Source: Nitratidesulfovibrio vulgaris str. Hildenborough
GTDB taxonomy: Bacteria; Desulfobacterota; Desulfovibrionia; Desulfovibrionales; Desulfovibrionaceae
DNA length: 32,000 nt
Assembly (NCBI RefSeq): GCF_000195755.1
Contig: NC_002937.3
Coordinates: forward strand, 2,610,001-2,642,000
Direction: 5' to 3'
The position numbers and the translations under genes are program-made. The notes beneath the pieces were generated by a model that saw only the letters and a list, made by a program, of their open reading frames with translations, made no database searches and was not told where the DNA came from. Below, piece by piece: positions 27,049 through 32,000 of this stretch (within the stretch, counting starts at the first letter, position 1; each line of letters begins with the position of its first letter).

Positions 27049-28698
27049 ATGACGGCTAAAGCATTCACAGGGCCCATCACCATAGACCCCATCACGCGCA
27101 TCGAGGGGCACCTCAAGATCGATGTGGATGTCAAGGACGGCAAGGTCGCCAACGCATGGTCCAGCGCCCAGTTGTTCAGAGGCATCGAGATGATCGTTCA
27201 GGGACGTCCGCCGGAAGACGTGCACCACTATGTGCAGCGTGTCTGCGGCGTATGCACCACGACACATGCGCTGACCAGCATCCGCGCCGTCGAGAACGCC
27301 ATCGGCCTCAAGCCTCCGCCAGCGGCAGAACTCGTGCGGCTGCTCATCCTGTCGACCCTCGACGTGCACGACCACCTCGTGCACTTCTACCACCTGCACT
27401 CGCTCGACTTCTTCGACATGGCAGATGCCCTGAAAGCGGATGCCGTGGCTGCGGCGAAGCTCGCGAGCGAGGTCTCGGGACGGGAGACACAGCCCGGCGA
27501 CTTCTTCATCGTGCAGGGGCGGCTCAAGAAGTTCGTAGAGGGTGGGCAACTGGGGTGGCTCAATCACGCCTATTCCCTCGGTGGGCATCCGGCGTATCGC
27601 CTCTCGCCGGAAGAGAACCTCATCCTTGCCACCAACTATCTCGAAGCGCTCAAGGTACAGATGAAGATAGCACGGGCCATGGCCATCTTCAGCGGCAAGA
27701 ACCCCCACGCCCAGACCATGCAGGTAGGGGGTGTCACCTGCTACGAAAGTCTCCGGCCTGAACGTATCGCGGAATTCAGGGCCCTCTATGAGGACACGCG
27801 CGCCTTCATCAATCACAACTACGTGGGCGACCTCACCATACTCGGCAAACGCTATCCCGAAGTGGCGACGTACGGGCGCACTACGAACTTCATGGACTTC
27901 TCCGACTTCTTCGACCCTGAGACGGGCAAGGCACCCTTCTTCAGAGGCGGGGTGATGTGGGCGCGCGACTTCAAGAAGGTCGAGGAGGTGAACCCGGAAC
28001 AGATAGTGGAGCATGTGGCCCACAGCTGGTATGTCAAAGGAGCCCCCAAGCCCCCGTATGACGGCGTCACAGCCCCGGACTACACGGGCTACGACCAGAA
28101 CGACCGGTACTCGTGGGCCAAGGCCCCGCGTTACAGGGGCGAACCTGTTGAAACAGGCCCTCTTGCACGACGGATGCTCGCCTACGCACGGGGCGAACAG
28201 GAGACCGTCCGCCGCATGGATGCATGGCTCGCAGCCTGCGGGCTGAACAAGGAGAACATGTTCTCCACCATGGGGCGCACTGCCGCCCGGATGGTGGAAT
28301 GCGTGGTGCTCATGAACCGTATCGAAGGTTGGCTCAACGACCTTGAAGCACGCATCAAGGCTGGTCCGGTCGAGATATTCAAGCCATGGAAGATGCCCGA
28401 CAAGGCCAAGGGCGTGGGCTTCTGTGCCGTGACGCGAGGCGGCCTCTCACACTGGATACGCATCGAAGGCGGAAAGACGGCGAACTACCAGATGGTGGTG
28501 CCAAGCACATGGAACCTCGGCCCCCGGTGCGAGGCTGGCAAGCCCTCTCCCGTCGAGGAGTCGCTCATGGGCAACCCTGTACTGGATGCCGAACGCCCGG
28601 TGGAGGTCTTGCGGACCGTCCACTCGTTCGACCCCTGCCTTGCCTGTGCCGTCCACCTCATTCATGCGGGCGACAGACAGGTCATACGCGTCCTCTAG
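27049..28698 (+). CDS. hynA: Periplasmic [NiFe] hydrogenase large subunit
   Basis: 549-aa ORF with an AGGAGG RBS. Motifs present: RIEGHLKI, N-terminal Ni-Fe ligands RVCGVCTTTHAL, and C-terminal ligands DPCLACAVH. The last motif is followed by a 13-aa tail (LIHAGDRQVIRVL), as expected for a protease-processed precursor. The ligands are encoded by Cys codons (TGC/TGT), so this is not a [NiFeSe] enzyme. Confidence 0.95.
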   Translation: MTAKAFTGPITIDPITRIEGHLKIDVDVKDGKVANAWSSAQLFRGIEMIVQGRPPEDVHHYVQRVCGVCTTTHALTSIRAVENAIGLKPPPAAELVRLLILSTLDVHDHLVHFYHLHSLDFFDMADALKADAVAAAKLASEVSGRETQPGDFFIVQGRLKKFVEGGQLGWLNHAYSLGGHPAYRLSPEENLILATNYLEALKVQMKIARAMAIFSGKNPHAQTMQVGGVTCYESLRPERIAEFRALYEDTRAFINHNYVGDLTILGKRYPEVATYGRTTNFMDFSDFFDPETGKAPFFRGGVMWARDFKKVEEVNPEQIVEHVAHSWYVKGAPKPPYDGVTAPDYTGYDQNDRYSWAKAPRYRGEPVETGPLARRMLAYARGEQETVRRMDAWLAACGLNKENMFSTMGRTAARMVECVVLMNRIEGWLNDLEARIKAGPVEIFKPWKMPDKAKGVGFCAVTRGGLSHWIRIEGGKTANYQMVVPSTWNLGPRCEAGKPSPVEESLMGNPVLDAERPVEVLRTVHSFDPCLACAVHLIHAGDRQVIRVL

Positions 28699-28768
28699 CG
28701 GCCCGCGTGGCCGTTGCCGCACTGCGACGAATGGCAACGGAACGGGCAAACGCCGCATTGCAACGACA

Positions 28769-28799
28769 AGGGGCACCGCCAGCAAACGGCGGTGCCCCT
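28769..28799. terminator. Strong hairpin between convergent hynA and mucR-like genes
   Basis: AGGGGCACCGCC (28769-28780), a 7-nt loop, then GGCGGTGCCCCT (28788-28799), giving a perfect 12-bp stem. No clear U-tract follows on either strand. Confidence 0.45.
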
Positions 28800-28840
28800 G
28801 CAAAGGAAACAGAACGAAACGTATAGAGCGGAAGACGCTG

Positions 28841-29239
28841 CTACTTGGCCTTACGGCGCTTCTCCCACAACTTCATATCCTTCATCTTCTTACGACGCTC
28901 ACGCTGCAACGACTTGCACACCAGCGGAGAGTTCTTCTTGAGCCCCCACTTCTCACGATAGCTGTCCGGGTCGAGACCATGACTCGCCAAGTGTTTCTTC
29001 GTGAGAATCTTGAACGACTTGCCGCATTCGAGGCAGGTGATGGTCTTTTCCTTGATGGCCTTGCGAGGGTCTCCCCCCGTTTCGCAGCAGCCTTCTTCAA
29101 GGTTCATCTCACCTTCCGCAATGGCCTTCAGCCCTGTGGCGAGCTTACGTACCATGGCGGTGATTTCATCCTCGGTCATCGTGCGCACACTGGCCTGCGC
29201 CTTGACTATTTCCAGTGCCTCTTTGAGGAATTCGTCCAT
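28841..29239 (-). CDS. Ros/MucR-family zinc-finger transcriptional regulator
   Basis: The ORF track starts at 29320. I prefer the ATG at 29239-29237 (MDEFLKEALEIV). The C-terminal half ITCLECGKSFKILTKKHLASHGLDPDSYREKWGLKKNSPLVCKSL closely matches the Ros/MucR CxxC...H...H zinc finger and the flanking YREKW motif. Confidence 0.85.
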   Translation of the reverse strand: MDEFLKEALEIVKAQASVRTMTEDEITAMVRKLATGLKAIAEGEMNLEEGCCETGGDPRKAIKEKTITCLECGKSFKILTKKHLASHGLDPDSYREKWGLKKNSPLVCKSLQRERRKKMKDMKLWEKRRKAK

Positions 29240-29532
29240 GTGGGCCCCCCTGTGGACCTTCCGGTGACGTAAAGAACGATTTTCAACAACTTGCAGACAG
29301 CCGTCACATACAGTCACCACAGATAAACGTCAACACAATGAATAGTGCAAAGCCCACAACAGTCGGCACAACGAACGATCAGATTAGTTTTCCTTAAAGT
29401 ACAACCAAAGCCACCCCACTTGCATAGCCTGTTCCAAAGGTACTTCTGCGTAGAGGCTATTCCGAAGCACGCGACATCCATCGTTCGGCACAGCCACGCC
29501 CATAGCTGCATGGCCTTTCACAGGCTCATGAC

Positions 29533-29567
29533 AAAAAAAGGCGGCCTTCAGCATTGCGAAGGCCGCC
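29533..29567 (-). terminator. Rho-independent terminator of pgk
   Basis: The minus strand reads GGCGGCCTTC (29567-29558), an 8-nt loop, GAAGGCCGCC (29549-29540), then TTTTTTT (29539-29533). It lies 25 nt after the pgk stop. Confidence 0.85.
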
Positions 29568-29591
29568 CACAGTACGTAGCACGCTAGAGCA

Positions 29592-30773
29592 TCACGATTG
29601 CGCGGCCCTTTCCTGCAGTATGGCGACAGCCGGAAGTTCCTTGCCTTCAAGGAACTCGAGGAAGGCTCCACCACCCGTGGAGATGTATCCCACACGGCTG
29701 GCAACGCCATACTTCTCGACGGCGGCGACGGTATCGCCACCGCCGGCTATCGAAAAGGCAGGACTGTCGGCGACAGCCTCGCACAGGGCGCGGGTTCCTG
29801 CCCCGAACTGTTCCCACTCGAAAGCACCCACCGGGCCGTTCCAGACGATGGTTCCGGCGGCGAGCAGAATCTCGCGGTAACGTGTCGCCGTCGCGGGGCC
29901 GATGTCGAGAATCATCTCGTCAGGGCCGACTTCGGAGACCTTCCGCACCGTGGCAGGGGCACCATCGGCCAACTCGGGGCCGACCACCACGTCCAGCGGC
30001 ACGGGAATCTCACCGCCAGCTGCCCTGGCTGCGGCCATGAGGCGTGCGGCCTCTTCCACGAGTTCGGGCTCATAGAGGGACTTGCCCACTTCGTAACCGG
30101 CGGCCTTGATGAAATTATTGGCGATGCCGCCGCCCACGATGAGGCGGTCGACACGGTGTGACAGGTTGTCGAGAAGCGTCAGCTTGGTCGAGACCTTCGA
30201 ACCGCCGATGATGCCCACAAGCGGGTGCTTCGGGGCGTCAAGGGCGCGTTCCAGCGCGTCAAGTTCTGCAGCCAGCAGCGGCCCCGCGCAGGCAACAGGG
30301 GCGAAGCGCGCCACGGCGTGGGTAGAAGCCTGCGCCCGGTGTGCGGCACCGAACGCGTCCATGACGAAGATGTCGCACAGAGCGGCAAGCCTTCTGCCCA
30401 GTTCCTCGGTGTTCTTCTTCTCACCCTTGAGAAAGCGGACGTTCTCGCACAGGACGCAATCGCCCTCGGCGACATCCACACCGTCGATGTAGTCCTTCAC
30501 AAGACGCACATCACGCCCGAGTTCGCGCGAAAGATGTGCGGCCACAGGGGCGAGCGAAAAAGCCTCATCGAACTCGCCCTCTACGGGGCGACCCAGATGC
30601 GAGACGATAAGCACACGGGCCCCCGCCTCCATCGCCATGCGAATGGACGGCAGAGCGGCGCGTATGCGCTTGTCGCTGGTGATGCGCCCCTCCTTGAGGG
30701 GCACGTTGAGGTCTTCACGCAGAAGAACCCGTTTTCCCTTGAGGTCGAGATCGGTCATCTTGATAACGGCCAT
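29592..30773 (-). CDS. pgk: Phosphoglycerate kinase
   Basis: 393-aa ORF with motifs [22 protein letters not shown] and [14 protein letters not shown], and an AGGAGAG RBS. Confidence 0.97.
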   Translation of the reverse strand: MAVIKMTDLDLKGKRVLLREDLNVPLKEGRITSDKRIRAALPSIRMAMEAGARVLIVSHLGRPVEGEFDEAFSLAPVAAHLSRELGRDVRLVKDYIDGVDVAEGDCVLCENVRFLKGEKKNTEELGRRLAALCDIFVMDAFGAAHRAQASTHAVARFAPVACAGPLLAAELDALERALDAPKHPLVGIIGGSKVSTKLTLLDNLSHRVDRLIVGGGIANNFIKAAGYEVGKSLYEPELVEEAARLMAAARAAGGEIPVPLDVVVGPELADGAPATVRKVSEVGPDEMILDIGPATATRYREILLAAGTIVWNGPVGAFEWEQFGAGTRALCEAVADSPAFSIAGGGDTVAAVEKYGVASRVGYISTGGGAFLEFLEGKELPAVAILQERAAQS

Positions 30774-30804
30774 GCGTTGCTCTCCTGGCAGGCTGGATGC
30801 ATTA

Positions 30805-30845
30805 CGAGAAAGGCGCGAACGCGGTCATCCTACCACGTTCGCGCC
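30805..30845 (-). terminator. Rho-independent terminator of tkt
   Basis: The minus strand reads GGCGCGAACGTGGT (30845-30832), a 6-nt loop, then ACCGCGTTCGCGCC (30825-30812). This gives a 14-bp stem with one G-U pair, followed by TTTCTCG. Confidence 0.7.
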
Positions 30846-30909
30846 CCGGGTCATAGAGCATGGAGAAGGCACGACCGACGGCATGACGTCGCCAGCGGCC
30901 CGCCCTCGG

Positions 30910-32000
30910 CTAGAGAAGCGACGTGACGGTATCCACCACGTTGTCCACGGTGAAGCCGAAATGCTTGAACAGGACACCGCCGGGTGCGGACTCGCCGAAA
31001 CCGGTCATGCCGACCACCTTGCCGTCGAGACCCACATACTTCCACCATGCGTCGGACGCGGCGGCCTCCACGGCCACGCGCACGCGCACGTCGGAGGGCA
31101 GGACGCTCTCACGGTAGGCGGCATCCTGCCGGTCGAAGACGGAAGACGAAGGCATGGAAACGACGCGCACGCGGCGACCACGCTTCTCAAGTTCGGCAGC
31201 GGCCTCGACAGCCAGTTGCACTTCAGACCCCGTAGCCATGATGATGGCTTCGGGCTTGCCCGCGCAGTCGCGCAGGATGTAGCCGCCGCGCCCGATGGCC
31301 GCACGCTGTTCGGCTGTGCGGGCGATGTGCGGCACACCCTGACGGGTGAGGGAGATGCATGTGGGGCCGGTGGCGCATTCGATGGCACTCTTCCAAGCGG
31401 CCACGGTCTCGACCGTGTCGCACGGACGCCATACCGAGACGTTGGGAATGAGCCGCAGCCCGCCCAGCTGTTCGACAGGCTGGTGGGTGGGGCCGTCCTC
31501 GCCCACGCCGATGGAGTCGTGGGTCAGCACCCACACCACGCGGATGCCCATCAGGGCCGAAAGGCGGATGGCGTTCTTGGCGTAGTCGGAGAAGATGAGG
31601 AAGGTGCCGGCGTAGGGGATGAAGCCGCCATGCAGGGTGAGGCCGTTCATGATGGCCCCCATGGCGAACTCGCGCACCCCGTAGGAGATGTAGTTGGCGT
31701 CCCAGTTGTCGGGGGTGAGGCGAACCGACCCCTTGTGCCATGTGCCCACCGAACCGGTGAGGTCGGCGGAACCGCCCACGAGTTCAGGCAGCAGCGGCGC
31801 GATGCCGTTGAGGGCGTTGCGCGAAGCCACACGCGTCGCCAGCTTCTCTGCGGCGCTGTCGGTGGCGGCGATGCAGGCTTCGACCTCGGCTTCCCAGTTG
31901 GCGGGAAGTTCACCGGACATGCGGCGTTCGAATGCGGCGGCAAGGTCGGGGTACGCCTTGCGGTAGCCCTCGAACATCTCACGCCATGCGGCTTCGTCCT
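30910..32000 (-). CDS. tkt: Transketolase (N-terminal part lies beyond the window edge)
   Basis: The minus-strand frame stays open upstream of the ORF-track Met at 31977 (hand translation ...DEAAWREMFEGYRKAYP), so the gene continues past 32000. Motifs present: GGSADLTGS, REFAMGAIMNG, THDSIGVGEDGPTHQP. Confidence 0.93.
   Translation of the reverse strand, partial: DEAAWREMFEGYRKAYPDLAAAFERRMSGELPANWEAEVEACIAATDSAAEKLATRVASRNALNGIAPLLPELVGGSADLTGSVGTWHKGSVRLTPDNWDANYISYGVREFAMGAIMNGLTLHGGFIPYAGTFLIFSDYAKNAIRLSALMGIRVVWVLTHDSIGVGEDGPTHQPVEQLGGLRLIPNVSVWRPCDTVETVAAWKSAIECATGPTCISLTRQGVPHIARTAEQRAAIGRGGYILRDCAGKPEAIIMATGSEVQLAVEAAAELEKRGRRVRVVSMPSSSVFDRQDAAYRESVLPSDVRVRVAVEAAASDAWWKYVGLDGKVVGMTGFGESAPGGVLFKHFGFTVDNVVDTVTSLL

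Noticed and set aside
28600-28698. The possibility that the hydrogenase is a [NiFeSe] enzyme with an in-frame TGA selenocysteine.
   Set aside because: The C-terminal ligand motif is DPCLACAVH, encoded by TGC and TGT, and no in-frame TGA interrupts the 549-aa ORF.
29314-29587. Small ORFs in the mucR-pgk intergenic region: 65 aa on the minus strand and 80 aa on the plus strand.
   Set aside because: They have no RBS and an odd Cys/His/Trp-rich composition. The plus-strand ORF runs straight through the pgk terminator hairpin. The region is better explained as AT-rich regulatory DNA.
30786-30801. A sigma54-like -24/-12 element, TGGCAG-GCTGG-ATGCA, on the plus strand with correct GG/GC spacing.
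   Set aside because: It points into the 3' end of tkt in antisense orientation, with no gene to drive, and it overlaps the pgk RBS region on the other strand. It is most likely a chance match. It would only merit revisiting if antisense transcription is seen.

Overview
This is a high-GC bacterial chromosomal window. Hand-counted 60-nt samples give about 62% GC inside genes. Gene content points to a sulfate-reducing Desulfovibrio-type genome. The gene order matches my recollection of the Desulfovibrio vulgaris Hildenborough DVU2499-DVU2530 neighbourhood, but that is memory, not a search result.

Minus strand 1-16965 holds a complete, almost gap-free division/cell-wall (dcw) cluster: mraZ-rsmH-ftsL-ftsI-murE-murF-mraY-murD-ftsW-murG-murC-murB-ftsQ-ftsA-ftsZ. 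There is no ddl, and ftsZ runs off the left edge. To the right of it come:
- pyk translationally coupled to an HD-GYP phosphodiesterase (+)
- a stand-alone CBS-pair protein and a tandem-HD protein (-)
- rplM-rpsI (+)
- aroK, a YkgJ-type Cys-cluster protein and a lipoprotein (+)
- a tetrahaem cytochrome c3 whose stop overlaps the start of a periplasmic [NiFe] hydrogenase, hynBA (+)
- a convergent Ros/MucR zinc-finger regulator in a roughly 45-50% GC islet (-)
- pgk and the 3' two-thirds of tkt, which runs off the right edge (-)

I saw no rRNA, tRNA, CRISPR array, transposase, integrase or phage gene.

Several ORF-track starts are over-extended (mraY, murE, pyk, CBS, aroK, lipoprotein, cytochrome c3, hynB, mucR). 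I re-called them from RBS spacing and stop/start overlaps.

I found no convincing evidence for a new multi-gene system; the window is mostly core housekeeping. The items most worth a second look are:
- a textbook-like MraZ operator made of three phased GTGG(G/T) boxes
- a 413-aa protein with a degenerate plus an intact YfbR-like HD module, sitting next to the orphan CBS and HD-GYP genes
- the divergent cytochrome c3 coupled to hynBA, together with repeat motifs in its 520-bp upstream region
- the low-GC MucR islet
- two long non-coding gaps with small repeats and hairpins
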